This document shows positions 1 through 27,653 of a stretch of DNA of 64,000 bases, piece after piece. The stretch covers positions 3,968,001 through 4,032,000 of the forward strand of contig JAYWIR010000007.1 of assembly GCA_036172245.1 (NCBI GenBank), written 5' to 3'. The notes under the pieces are model-generated. The model worked only from the letters and a program-made list of their open reading frames with translations. It was not told the DNA's origin and searched no databases. Numbering within the stretch: position 1 is the stretch's first letter; every line of letters starts with the position of its first letter. The translations under genes and the position numbers were made by a program. This stretch comes from Raillietiella orientalis (lineage: Eukaryota).

Positions 1-194
1 TTCCAATTAGTCCTTTCACAGTACTTTGCCAAACATAACTAATTATTATTATTATCTTGATTTCATTGCATTTTTCATAAAAAAAAAAGAATGTGAAGAA
101 AAAAACAAACATTCTGAGCCAATTATTAATCGAACAAATAATTCAAATGCTGATACAATAGTTCCTATTAGGTGCGCCTTGTTCCGTATTTTAA

Positions 195-1231
<1,037 letters not shown>

Positions 1232-1274
1232 TATCTAATACAACAAATAAAATTATGATAAAGCACAAAAGTTT

Positions 1275-1684
1275 TTATTTTGTTCCTGAACTAGCTAAAG
1301 GATTACGGAGTACAAGAATGACTGAGTCACCTCTCAAAAACATTTTTGAAATATAGCGATCCTTATTAACGGGCTTGGCCTTCTTTCGGCCTCTACCTGT
1401 GCGAGGTAGTTCTGTCCACATCTCCTTAACATTCTCCAGTACCATATTACAGTGTCTATCAAATGCTTTTACTCTTCCCAGTAACTTTTTGTTGTTGCGA
1501 CTGTTGATGAGTACTTGCGTATTATTTTTGACTGATTGCGTGAGGACGGATAACGGACCAGTGCTAAACTCTTCTTCTTCCCTTTTCGAAAGTTCTTCCT
1601 GAGACATTTCGGATTTGGGTTTGTTGGTCAGTGAAGCCCTATGAAAGTCATATACATAATGAAAATCTAGACATACACTTACAT
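1275..1684 (-). CDS. SNRPD2: Small nuclear ribonucleoprotein Sm D2; exons 1683-1684 (AT of the start codon) and 1275-1638
   Basis: Translation (M)[76 protein letters not shown]...[22 protein letters not shown] is near-identical to SmD2. The start codon is split AT|G by a 44-nt GTAAGT...CATAG intron (1639-1682). The ORF-track N-terminal extension from 1742 is read-through of UTR and intron. Confidence 0.96.
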
Positions 1685-4600
1685 AATAATTTAGAAATCC
1701 TCTAATTTCCAAATTCTCTTTTAAAGTTTGTCTCTGAAACATTCAAAAACATTAAGCTGAAAAAGCTACTAACAAATCGCGCAAGTCGTTTGTTGATTCA
1801 CTGATATACTGTATTTTAAATAAATACGAAGTAGAGAATTCCTTTAGTATAACCGCACTAAAATTACCGCATTTAAGTAAATTATTAAAAGCTTTGCCAA
1901 GGACACAACATTGCATTCAATTTCTCATCATAACATTGCATTCCGGATACACTCACGCTCACATGCACAGCGTCACACTTACCTCTCACTGATGAAGCTT
2001 ATTACAATGAGGAAATACCACGTCCTTCTGCAATTTAAACTCTTTCTTGAAAAGAAAAATGGAAAGATTTTGAAGTGCAAATTTTCTCACCAATTATTTA
2101 CTACCATAATTTCAATTTTATTGATTATTGTTTGAATTCATTTTCATGCTTTTATAATTACAAAATAGCTTTGATTTTCAAACAATGCAAATAAAAACGG
2201 TATTTTCACAAAAAGAACATACTAACGATACATTTGGCAAATCTTAAAAAAGAGATTTTTTTGTACACTATGTTCACCATAAACCAAAATCCAATCTTTA
2301 ATTCTTTTTTAAGAACTTCTCCTTTGATAGCAGTAATTATTTTTTTAGATATAATCGTAAATAAGGTTAAAAGCTTATGATTTACTTGTTTGATTCTCAT
2401 TAAGTGTAAATAATAAAGCCTATGTTTTGCAAAATCAAAAAAACTTTCAAGTCAATGCAGTTGTTTCAAGTCTCTCAACATAAAAAAAATATCAAACACA
2501 ATAATTATCATGGATTAAGATAGTTTTTATGAGTAAGTTACGAATTCATCATCAAATGTTTGCAAATAAAACGACCGATATAGTTGCTTGTGTGTGACGT
2601 ATCTTGCAATTCTCCTTATTTTTGTACATATCAGGAAACAACGGACTGTTTGATTTTCTACTTTTTTTCGCTGTTAATAATTGTCAAAGTTACAAGGTTC
2701 TGGAATTTTTTCAATCTGACTATATGAAAATTAAGCCAAAATAAAGTTCTAAGCTTACTTCGCATTATATCTTATTGTATTCTTAATAAATCAGAAAAAC
2801 TGATCTGCTAAACAAAGGGCATTTTCATTGCGAAAATAGAATTCGTAATTAAGATGCAGCTTTTGGAGTATGGTTTTATGATTATCCCCCATGATTGGTC
2901 ATAGAAAGTTGAGTGATTAAAAGCAAACATTTGATAATTCCTGGGTAAGAAAAAAATAATCAAATAAAGCTGAATGCGAAATAACTCTAGAAACTAAATG
3001 AAAACACATGTGTGCTCATCCTGAGTGATTATTCAGTACTTATTAACATGTAAGCATTGAATTGCTTAGTGTACATTTAATGAATCGTTTCTTGCTATCC
3101 CATGTCATAAAAATTATATTACTCGTATTTGTTTTTCATTTAGCTAACTAAATTTCAGAGAACTGGTCTCTTTTATTTAATTACTGTTTATTATTTTCTT
3201 AATTATTTGGATAAACAAATGTTAAAAAGGGAAAAGGGAATGTTTTTACCACCTGAGATAGACAAAGATGGTTAAATATCCCTATTCATTTGTTTATATC
3301 CTTTTGTAACATTTGTTTATCTACTGAAATTGAGGTATTAAAATTTGACTAAGAAACAAAGGTCAAGGACTCTTCGAATCTTCTTGAGATCAAGAATATT
3401 TGTAGTTTTTGGGTGCTTTTGCAATATACAACAGTTTCTTTTAATCTTATTTCGGGATCGGACGTGAATAGCAAAATATTCGTTGCTGAATATAACTCTC
3501 GCGTTTTCTCATTTATTACTGTATGTTTTCCTTTCAAGGGTTTTGTTTTCTCTAGTAGCTTAACTTAATACATTAAATGCTTTGTTTGTCTCAAATTGAA
3601 GATTTCTAACTCTTTGAAGAATGAGAAATATGAGATTTTCCAAAATGAAATCAGAGAATCTAGAATCCTGAATGATCTAAGAATCTAAGATCTAAGAATA
3701 TTTCGAGGCATAAACTATTGCAACTTTATAATTAGGTAAGGCTGCAGGCTGCTGGCACATTTATTTGATGTTCAGTAAAATTGAGTTCTTTTTATTGAGT
3801 GAAAAATGCATAAAAACTAGTCTCAAGTTTCTCTTAAGAAAATATTAGTTATGTGGCAATATCAATTAAGGATTACGGAAGAGCTTACCAACTTCATGAT
3901 TGCCTGTATCTTCAGGATTTAATTTCACAAAAGGACCTAACGAGTATATTTAGGAATATGGAATAGATAACAAAAGAGAACTCTGATTGATCCATATGTC
4001 TTGGACGAAAAAAAGGTACAATTAGTTCTTGCATCGTCTGTGGAGGATCAATAATTTATATTTAAGAAAAAGTAGCCCATAGGCTGAAAAAAAATTGAAT
4101 TTGTTGCAAGGGATTATGATAGCTCTTCAGAACTTTTCAGCATATAAAATCCTAAAATTTTTTGTAACGAATTCTATTCATTAATGTTTGTTGTTCCTCT
4201 CGAGAAAGTCCTTGGCTCACAACCAAAATCTGACTTCACTGTATGATGCATGTTCTACCAGCTGAGAATATGGTATTTCATTAAGTGAGTTGCAGATAAA
4301 TTTTCTTCCAGTGTGTCTCCATAGTGTCTCCAGAATATCTACGTCCAAACACGAGAAAGTGGAGAAAAACCTATTGAAGTATTGCTACAATTTAATGTTG
4401 ACTATGTTGTTATATATTGAAAGCATATGTTTTGTTTTTAAAATCATTTTTAGAAAAGTCTCTGAAGCCTTAAATGCATTTGAAATGAAAGTCATTAGAA
4501 CAAGATATGCATAATCTGACAACCACAGTGATTATTCTATCCTAAATATGCCAAAATAAACGGAACGAAACCGAATATGATAGAGAAGAACAAGGACATT

Positions 4601-7600
4601 GGTATTACTAATGACATTTTGCTCTGTTCGAGACGTCTGAAAGTTCAATTGCTTAGATACTTCGTTCGCAGGGAAATGTTTTGGTCTATTGATATTAATG
4701 TAAATAGTCTATCTTTCCATTTTTATCGTGAAATCAGCTCGTTTTCCATTTTCGCTTGTAAACAAGACTTTTTTTTTTATTCACAATCTTATGCTGATAT
4801 AAATCCATTCTGACTACTTTTGAACGATATGGAAATGTACGTGCTAGGGGTTACGGCAATTTGTGACCCCCTGTTTTTCGCACTTTTCATTTAAAAGGGA
4901 TGGATACTTATGAATGAGATTTCCTCTATTTATTGTTATTGTGTGTAATTTGTTATTGTGTTTCTTCGTTTGCTTTAAATGCACAAGGAAAAGTTTTATG
5001 AACCACTTTTCTAGAATTGTATTTCTTTTAAAGTCACTGATTTGTAGACTCACAAGAGTGATTCTTAAAGAATATATGTGACATGCTAGTTCTATTAATT
5101 CAGTTGAACAGTTTCGGATGATATAGGAACGGTTAAGGTAAGAAAAAAAAGTTACCTTTAACACGTACAATAAAAAAAAAAAGAAAAGAAAAAAGAAAAA
5201 AAAAAAAAAAACGTTGCCAATATGGAGGATTCTAAAGAATTCAAGCATCACTCGTACATTATAATACAATGAGTATCAATTTTTGGATGTATATGGATGT
5301 ACCTCTGTAGCGCACTTTAGAGGGCCTAAATTCTGCTAAACCTAAAGTTTAAAAATGATTTATGTTGCATAAATAGCTGCAGTAAATCTGTTTTTACGGC
5401 GCATAGTTTTCGCATGAGGTACGTAAACGGAGGCTGGATAGTATTAGAAAGTTCACGTGTCTTTTATTTCGTTTTTTTTTGATTATGGGTTAAGAAGTTC
5501 CAAATATTCATCATGATGTAAAATGAAAAGCTTAAAATAATTATCGAAAGATAATAAAAAGTAGGGTTCAGTTATACCAAACCATTATTTAGAATACATT
5601 AGTGCCTAAGGGATTTCAGCCATGTTAAAATAGCAGAAAACATGTCAACTTAATCGCGAAAGATGAGTTTCCTCTGTGTACGAAAAGTTTAGTAGTGAAG
5701 TGTTAAAATGACCAAATGAGCTGCTTCAATATTCACCTCCGTGGGACTACCGAAATGTTTGTGAAACCGTTTTTAGCGCAAGTTACATAAAGTTGAAAGA
5801 TTCGAATCTCGGTTTTCACTATTGAGTGATGAGATACCGGTTTGTGACCAAAAGAACTGTCTGTAATGCTTGTTTGTCAAGTAAGAATCATTTTTCATTA
5901 CAGTGTAATGTAAATGTGATGGTACTAGCCTTGTTTAATATAGTTAAGGGGAATTTAGGTGGATCACACTTGTAGGCTCATTTCCATACATTGGAATATT
6001 TTACATAGATTTGCCAATGCTGAAAGGATCCATAAGAAAATTAGTTATTGGATTCTTTCATTCATTAAACGTTGAACATAATTTCCCAATAATCCGAATA
6101 GTTGTAATTGAGTTTTCAAATTATGAAGAGCTTGCACTTTTTTTTTTTACCGTTGACACTACATTTGTGTGTTTTATACGAAGGTATTTCTTTGTATTCT
6201 GATGAAGTATTTTGAAATTAAATATATCTGAGGCACTTTAATCATGCGTTCTGAAGTTTTGTTGTTCGTTATTGAAAGGGGCAGAATGTCTAGAATGCAT
6301 GTAACTGAAAGTGTGAAGAAAGTTTCACCAAAGTGTGAAGTCTTTGGATTTTTTTTTAATTTCAAATGCTTCATCATTGACAAGAATCTTATGTGGTTAG
6401 ACTGTTTCAAAAAAATCCAAACAATTTAGAAATACATGTGGCGGCCATGCTACTTAAATATAATGTATGTCATTTTTAAAATAATTTATCATGGTTTTTT
6501 GAAACCAATTTCTTGAATTTTAATAATCTGATACTAGTTGCAATACACTGGTGTGTTCAGGTGTGGCCAATAAAAATATGTAAGTAAGTTGTGGGTTCTG
6601 TGTTTTTTTCTTAACTGTTCTCATTGTTTTTTGTTAGGTATTCAATTTTGGATATTGTTTCCTTAAGAAATCATACTTCATCAGGATCTTTGATAGAGTG
6701 TGATTCTCACGAAACTCCTCCTAGTTTCAGTACTTGTCATCACTACTTATTTTTATGTATTCTTTGCATTCTTTGTTTTTGGGATACTTGGTTGTATGTT
6801 ATTCATCTAGTTATCTAGTTATAGTTTAATGTTATTTAGTGTGGTATTTTGCTTAAAGAACAAAGTTTCTAACATGTGCTTTTTTCCTACAAGCTCTCCA
6901 GGAATTGTTTTTGGTATACCTAACATTTCAAATATTTAACACTAAATTTGGATGGAGTTTATTGGGACTTTCACTAAAGTATTTCTTTATGAATATGATA
7001 TGAAGGGAAAGTATTTGTTTAAATCTATAGACTTAGTATTCTAGTGCAATCCAGTTGATTAGTTAAGTAATCATTTTATTGTTCTTAATGAACAGTGTAG
7101 TGTGTGTTTACGAATTTTCCTTATCAAACTTTCCTGATTTTAAAAAAGGAAGTTTGTATTTTTAGCATCAAGGGCTAGTACTGTCTGCAAAATATCAGTA
7201 TGATCATTGTTGTCTTTCACTGTTTTTGAAGTACAATCAGTTGTGTGTGTTGTAGTACCAGTGATTTCTGCTTCAAGAATTGGTCTCAATTCTTCCCATA
7301 ATTTTTTTGCATTCCAGAATTAACATGGGTATCACTCTGGTAAAAATAGGTATTAAAATTAAAGATAAAAAATTGGTTTCCAATATTAGCTGTAAAATCA
7401 AATGTAACTTTGAATTATGGTTTCAGATTAAGATTTCATTAATGGATGAGTAGATTCCATGACACAGTACAAAAAGATTTCCGGATTATGTATGTTACAT
7501 CAAAGATGTGAATTCCTAATTAATACTAGAAATCGCTTCAAAGGTCATTTTATAGTTTAAAGGAAAATTACGATTTCTTTGATTGCCAGAAAATGAGAAG

Positions 7601-10600
7601 AATCAACTGTTGGCATAACTAGAAAAAGGAAAAATAGACATTTGATTTTACTGGAAGGTGGTACCAAATGAGAAGTGTTTTTGTACCAGAATAAAAAGTT
7701 GTTCAACAGCGTTAGGTTACATCCGAAATTTGTGATGAAATATTTCTTATTCCATTCACTGCAGTGATCAGAAAGAGTGTTTCATTTTTCAGTGAAAGCA
7801 GAGAATGCAGCAAGTAGTAGGGAGAAACAGAACAATTTCATTGCATAAATTGAATTCAGTCTATCCAGGGAATGATTTTGTGAAGTAGCAAACTCATAGT
7901 AGTACTCAAAATTGTTTAAAAATTCAAATGAGAATCGGATGACAAAAACTGTGCATGATTTCTACAGGAATGTTTCCAGGAAATGGGATCCTGATTGCCA
8001 CTCATCAAGAAATTGGAAAATGGAGAAGTTGTATTGTAAAATGTATTGGATTAGCGAATGTTAATTTTTAAAATAAACCACGTTGCCATAATTAAGAACT
8101 CGTATACTGAAACACTATGAGTCTGGAGTGTTTTGAAGTGAGAATTTACATCCAGCATTGCATGCATTGTGAAATGAAAGATTAAGCGTAGTTCCCTAAA
8201 TTGAATCAGCTGCTTGTGTTTGCTGTGAATTTAAAATAATTTCCGTGTTTGTTGTTAAATTCTCGTTCCTGAACGTGTATTGAAGATGAATTACAGTTTT
8301 CTCATCCGATAGACCAATGGACCAAAAGTCGTCGTGACCTAATTGGGTTTTGTAAATGTTGCTCGCTCCCCGTTCATTGCTTTGCTTCCTGTTAAAGTCG
8401 GAAGACGTAACCATCAGAAAATCCGAGTCGTTACCATGTTCTTAGAGATTCTTTTGTTTTGTCTTGTGTTTTAATTTATTGACTGTTACGATTGTATATT
8501 CGATCCATTAAGCATACCATACTTGGATGCATTTATTCCTATCCGGCATTTCTTAATTGATGTTCATCTGTACCAAGGGATGCTTGCAAGTTCTTTTGGC
8601 AATGTGTTAATAAAATCCATTTTAGGTTGTTTAGCTTTAGGAATTTCAAGATCGTTTTCAGGGTTCTTTGCAGCCAGCATTTCGAATCTTTAAATAGCTA
8701 CTGTTTAAAGGGTGATCTTCGTTCACACATTTATTTGGTCCTTTCTAAAAGTTACAAAAACATTGTGTAGGAGTTTCTTTATCATTTGAGCTTTGTCTGT
8801 TTATTCCAAATTCGATGTAAAAGTCTCGATTGCTTGGGAAAAAATGCTTTGCTTTTTCTTTTCTTTTTTTTAAAGTGTTTGTAGTTATTTATTTTGTGTG
8901 TGTGTGTGTATTAGCCTTGTGCTGTCGGTGTTTGGTTCTCTCTCTGGGATTATGTTCGAATCAAAGCATGTTATTGAGTAACCCGGCCTTGTGCCCTTTA
9001 AGCGGGAGATGCAGTTATGAGAATCATTTCTGTTCCTTGCTTTCCAGAGAATCATGGAGATTCCTAAAACACGGAATGAATACAGGAATTTTAATACTCC
9101 ACAAACAGTGCAGATAGTAATGGTCGTGCGTAGCAGCAGCGTTGAGTTCTTTCCGGTTTTCGTAGTAAAAGGCTTTTCGTTTTTTTGCCTCTAAAATTGC
9201 CTTGTCCCTTTAGCCAAAGATACTTTCATATTGAAGTTTCCGGAAGGAAAAGAAAAGAAAAAAAAAGTTGTTTTGAAAACTTGATAATATGTATTGAATT
9301 TTTTTTTTTTTTTTTCGTGCGTGTGCAAAAACTAATGTGAGATTCCAGGAATTATTGGTGTTTTTCTCCGACTTCTTGTGATGGGTTGCAAATTTGCGTT
9401 CACGCGTTCAGATGACTTCTTTATTACACCAAATGTAATGGACGAGCAAATTCGTGATCCAGGGAGGACCTGAAGCCAGTAATTAGTGTATGTAATGTAT
9501 TATCTCTGCGCAATTGGTGGATAGAACAACAGAGGAATAGGGAAAGAATTCCCAGTCAGTTTTCATCTGCACGGTCCTTTTTGTCGCAAGCATTTTGAAT
9601 CAATTTAAATGTTTAACCTTTTCCTTCATATCTCATTTTTTATTCATTGAGCGAGCATTCATTCACCGTTTTGCTCCTTTTAAAATACTCCTTTTATTAT
9701 TTGCTCATGTTTTTGCTTTTTTTTTCAAAAAAAAAAAAGTCTAGAAGCTGAGTGGATGGTTTATGAAGGCTCTAGAAGGGAAGTTTTCACTTTGAAGGAA
9801 AAAACTTAGATGATCTTTCGTCAGCATCGAATCGATGGTGCAAAAGGAAAATTAAATTTTTGTGGAATTAAGAGACTCTTCGTTTTTCTTCTTCTTGAAT
9901 TCTTCTGGGGGGGGGGGCTATTATGACTCATAAATCACCAACGAAAAGTGAAACTTTTAAGGGGAAAGCCAGCTGTTGGGCTGTTCGATGACGGACGGCA
10001 TTAACTGTTTGTTCTCATCATTTGAATGTAATTTTTTATCGTTTTCCTTAAATTTCAAATGCTTTGTCAGTCCGTGTCATAATTCAGTACTGAGAATGTG
10101 GAACCAAGTTCTGAACTTCATCTTGTTTTCGTTTATTTCTCAAGAAATGCGTATACTTTCAGCTTTCTTAATTTTTTCTGTGAGATGGAATGAGAACATC
10201 TTATTTGTTTGTTTACTTTTTTGCAGCTCAGTTTTGATTCTGGACGCAAAACTCGTTATTAAGCATGTGATCTAAGTGATACGCCAGCCACCACTGGTGC
10301 TGTTCAAAAGAATCGGTTAAGAATTTGTGGCGTGGAGCGTAAAAGGTTTTTTTTTTTCTTCTTTAATGTATAGCAAGTATTTGTAGATATGAAAGAAGAA
10401 AATGGGATTTTTGTGTTTGATATTTGTATGTTATTTCTTGAATGAGATTTAATTGCAGCATTCTTTATCGAATGAGTGTAGACGGGAATCCCATTGGGCC
10501 TGAACAACAGCAGTTTCCCAAGTTTCGATTCATGATTATGCAACGCCTACGGGCGGAATGGGTCCGTCAGAGCCTATTTCATTTGTGGTGATATAGCAGA

Positions 10601-11156
10601 TCACTCCAGATATACTCTGACTATTAGCGAATATCCCTCCCCCCCTCCCTTCCCCCCAAAAAAAGGGGGGGGGGAGGGAGGGAGAGAAACATGGAACGCG
10701 GAACAGCTCAGTGATGTGTAAATTAAATTACAGTGTATCACAGAGTATAGCCTTACAGTTTGGTGGAATTCTAAGTTTTTCGCGACTTCGTTATCATGCA
10801 ACATGAGACACGGTTTCCAATTATTTTGTAGTGTTTGCGACAGCAATCTACAGTTATTTGTACATTTAAGTAAAATTTCATGTACAGTGTGCCAGAGAGA
10901 AAGATAAATTTGAAGGAGAAGATGCTTGTGAGGTGTTCGGTGTGCATCTTATCAGGATTCTGAACGGTGAATATGGAATTTAAGCTGACATTCTTCGACG
11001 ATAGCGTTTATGAAGAGATTATGAAAATTCATAGGACAGAACAATAGCGACTGTGGATAGAGCTATTCAGAACAACTACAGGCAGACAATAAAAAAAAAA
11101 AAGTAGCAGCAAGTATAATCTTTTCTGGAAACCTAATCCAAAAAAGGTTATAATTG

Positions 11157-11165
11157 TTTTTTTTT

Positions 11166-11201
<36 letters not shown>
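11157..11201. repeat. Poly-T tract
   Basis: About 45 nt of T interrupted by a single G. Confidence 0.95.
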
Positions 11202-11204
<3 letters not shown>

Positions 11205-14200
11205 GGCTGCTTTTAGTTGCTCCCAATAAATCTACCCACAGTCGTTGTGTTTCACGAATTTGGTTTCCAGAAATTGAAAGAGAGAGATTTTTAAGAAAAT
11301 GGTCTGAAAATCTACCGGTGGCATGTCAGAATGGTCTCCAAACGATTTTGAAAGGAGAGGAAATCTTCAGCGAAATACGACCTCCCTGAAGAATTGTTCG
11401 AACGGATAAGTGATCAGTGATTTCAGTAATTTGCTGATAGGTTCGTATGAAATGTTCTATATGAATCGTTAAACAGGAAAACAAGAAATGGAGTTTTGGT
11501 TGGTTTTCAACCTATTTTCAAGAATAAAAAAAAAAAAAAAACCATCTTTATGTTGGATGCAACAACAACAGTAATAATATGATGATGAATAAAGGTACAA
11601 AACAGGAGACTCTGAGTGTATTCACAGCACTGTATGTGATTGAAAGGAGAGCCAAATTTACGAAGTAGTTCTTGACGGGATATAAGTAAATCTCAAGATG
11701 AGCACGCTGATCACATAAAGAAATCTTGACAAGACAAATGGTGCTTTAGGATGTTGTAAGGACGAGTTTTTGCTTATTTGGGTATGAGGTCGATTGGCAT
11801 TTCTGCTGTCGTGACTATTTTTACTTCCGTTCAGGAATTTAGTGTTTAAATGCCTCTCTTATGTAGTTTAGCAATTAAGCGTTTACACATTATGCTTGCA
11901 TTCTATTTATTGTTCAGTGTTTTCAAGTGAGGACAAGAAAGGTTTACTTCTTGCAAATATGTATGTAGTAAAGTTCGTCAACTCCGCTTTTCTCGAATGC
12001 GCAAGCATGTATTCAGGAAAGGGGGATCACAAGATGTAAAATAGTAAGGATCACGATGATTCCTTGAATGCGTAGTCATAAAGATGAAATCTAAAGATGC
12101 GAATGAAATACGAAATCAATTCGTTCTTTTCATCGAATTGTCTGTCAGCTACTAGCGGTTTATTTGCATCCAAGAAATGATGTAATAACTTCCTTTTAAA
12201 GTAACTGCAGCTGTCGTAGTTTAGAAGGCAACAGTTTCAGTGTATGTTTATTTGTGTTAAAGAAATGGAATGCCCAGTGATGTATAAGCATTTTTAAGCG
12301 GTCTCTAGAATTCTGTTAGTGATAGTATTTCAGGTCGCAATAGTTACTACGCTTTACTAATGCCTTATGCATTCGTCAGGTGGTTAGAGCATCCTCCTGT
12401 ATTTGCAGAAGCTTATCGTTGCTTGTAATCCAGAGGGAAGAAAAATGAGTGGATGGCTGAATCTGCCTTGCTGTAAAGGCTTTCCAAGGAAAGGGTGCCT
12501 CAGTTTTGAGTGCACAAGTTTTGTGCTTGTACACCATTACGCAGAATGAAAATCTGATTGTGCTGCGAACGTGGTATTAATTTCAGTTAGCGTTTCGAGT
12601 CATTAGCATACTTTTAGTGAATCTTTTTTAGGTGTTCTGTAGATAGAAGAATTGTCCTGCTTGCATATATGTAACGATCTGTAATCCAAAACCCTACATT
12701 GACTTGATCTCTGATTGCAGGTTTTCAGGGAACGTATAAGTTTTTAGAGGAAACGTATTTGTTGATCACTAACACGTTTGGGTAATATCCAGAAAGGCTC
12801 TTCGAAAGCCTCTGGGGGTGTATAGACGACAGAAAGTAGCTTTATGTTGACACATAAATAATAGTGGTTTTTAAATTCAAAATTGAATATTCATCTGGAT
12901 CAATAATCAATAATTCACCTTAAGTGTTACGGAAATTTCGTCTTGCTTTCCATTTACGAACCTGTGATTCAAGCTCGCAAAACAGTGGTTGTAGAAGGAT
13001 TACATGGAGTTGGCTTGGTTATGACGCGGATGTCGAGCTTCTGTGTGCTTCTTAGATGGACCCATTGCGAGAGAGAGGCGCAAATTGCAGACAGTCTGTA
13101 AGGATTGCCTTAATTACGCGATCAGGAAGTTTCTCGAGCCCCCCCCCCCCTCCCCCAAAGAAACATCGATATGTGAAGCAGCAGCGAAAATTTTTCAAAA
13201 TTTCAAATAAAAAGTATTTTTTTTACTTTTTCGAAACTGGGAAAAGGATGTGGATGATGATTTTGTTTCAAAGGAATTTGATGATGAAAGAAAATTTGTG
13301 GTGTCCGATTGAAAAGCACAAATTTAATTCCCATGCGTATGAGGCAGGGACTCGAATGGTGGGAACCTTCTGGAATTTACCTATTAAAAAATTTCCAGCT
13401 CTTCGGATTTCGGATAGATTCAGGGAGTGTTTGCCCATAGGGCACTTAACGTAGGTTCTCTAGAAGAAGGATCGATTTCACTAGAAATGGCAAAATAATT
13501 AATGGTTGTATGGCAGAGTCGCATACTTAGCTTAAACAGAATAATTTCTTTATGAATCGAAAACCGCCTCAGCCGCATAACTTGTGAATAGTAGACGCAG
13601 GTAGTAATTATTAGCTCTTACTTTAGTCAAAGGAAAGCTCGATTGTGCCAAAGACATTTATGAGTGGGAAGAAGTATTCTGTGTGTATGTGTGTGTGTGT
13701 GTGTTTTATGAAATTCTGTTTCCCGAAACTCGGTATTTTACTTTTACTTAAGTATTCGTCATTAAGGTTGCTCTGTTCTTTGCATCGAAGAGAATCAAGA
13801 AGAATTTCGGAACTAGGATTTCCTAATTAGTTTCGAACCTTCAAGAACTGCAATGCAAGAAGGTTTCATTCATTGATGGATGCTGTGTTGCCCCGTTGAT
13901 GGTTGGCCGTTGGTCCATGTAGGCCAGCTGAAAGAGCATCCTACAGCAGAAGTTTCGGAGAAAACTGAAACGTTTTTGCCAAAAAAAAAAAAACATTTAA
14001 AATCGCCTTTTCATTTTGCATACGACAGTTGTGCCATCATTACAAATGAAGCATTTTGTATTAACTTGAGTATGTTGTGCTGCTGGTTCGCGTGATGTTC
14101 ACTTGGGATACTTTTTAAGTTGTCATTGAAATTTGTAACACATTTGTAGCTTTTTTTTTTTTTGGAACCATTCTTTGTTTATGTATTAAGATTAAGAATA

Positions 14201-15214
14201 TGGTTGAGTTATTGCAGTGGTAGAATTTAGGATTTACAAATGTTCACGTCAATCTCCTTGTAAAATGATGAAGTGCTTTCGCGAATGCATATTATATGTC
14301 ATTTCTTTCGGATAACGAGTATTTCTTACAAAAATTGCCTTCCATGTATATAAGCGGCATTTTCACTTGTAAGGAAAAAATGTGTGTGTGTCCGGTTACC
14401 ATTTGCAGAGAATTCTGCAAATGCAGGGAACGTGGAATATTGTTTTAACACTTAAGTGAAATTTGGCATTTACCAATCTTCGTTATCCTCTTTAGTTGTT
14501 ATCATTCATTGATCATCCATGCAAGTGCCTGTGTAAAATTTAATTTGAATTTCAAGATCCTGTAATTAATGCCGTGCTTAGTATCTGTTCACTGTTTTTC
14601 CAAAGTGCAATATACATTCATAATGTGTGTGAACGATTATGTTAAATTACCTTGTGTTTTTGTTTAATAGCTACCTGTATTAGCAGTAATAGTGTTGAAC
14701 CGTAAATTATTGTCAAATATTTTTGAATACTTTCAGATTGTAACGTTGGGAATTGTACTTTCCCCATTATTTCTTGAGTGTTCGATAAAAACGCGTTGAC
14801 GTAAACATCCTCAAATCAGCACGTTTTTAAATTAAATATATTTCAAGATATCATTTGAAATAGAAGTGTGCATTTAATGCAGATATTTGTGGAAACTATT
14901 GAACATGTCTCTTTCCCCACATTTCCCGCATATTTTCTCAGACAGAATGATAGCTAAACATCTAATTTTAGCCATCAAATATACCATTCAGTTCCAGGAT
15001 TTAAAGGAATGTGTGTAGAGTGCAGTATTAGTATGTTCACCTGGATTTGTCGTCTCTGACTCAGTTCGAAGCGTGCGTTTTACTCCAGGATTATTGTGGT
15101 AGTGTTATGTGTTTGTGCAATCATTCATAAAAAAAAAAAAGAAAGAAAAAAAATATGTGATCTATTAGCACTTCTGTATGATTATAGTGAAGTGCTGACA
15201 GTGGTACACATTTG

Positions 15215-27063
<11,849 letters not shown>

Positions 27064-27619
27064 AGAGGACAAGCTGTGATGCAAAACCAAAGTTGTGAAC
27101 ACAATGAAACAAGATAGAGAAATATTTCGTCTGTGATGGAATCTCGGTTTGACCGAAAATTGTACAAAAGATGTTTATTTCGAAAATATTTTCAATACTG
27201 GTACAAAAGTATTTATAGTGATTGTTTTCAGAAAAGAAGATGTTTATGAAATAATAGTCATATTTGCTGTAAATCACTTTGTAGCAATAATAATGCTCGT
27301 GATCCTTCCAGTCTCTTTACTATCAAATACTCAGAGTGCTTTAACAGGTGAATAATAGGTTTTATATCTATATATTATTAGTCTTCTCATCTTCCCTCCT
27401 CTTTCCGATTTTAGGGAACTGCGTAGTTTGCGTGGTTCAAAAATTTGGAAAATTCGTGGCCATGTAAAACCAATCTCGTGTAGGCTCTGCATTTTTTGCT
27501 TCTGAGTATTATATTGGATATCAATTACTGTCGCCAAAAAGGGAAACAGAAGAATGTCCAAAGGCCGAAAAACTGTAGTCACCAAAAATGTGGTTTCAAG
27601 CGCCCAAAAAATTGCACCG

Positions 27620-27651
<32 letters not shown>
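27620..27651. repeat. Poly-A tract downstream of wts
   Basis: About 32 consecutive A. It produces the spurious poly-Lys and poly-Phe ORFs in the track. Confidence 0.95.
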
Positions 27652-27653
<2 letters not shown>

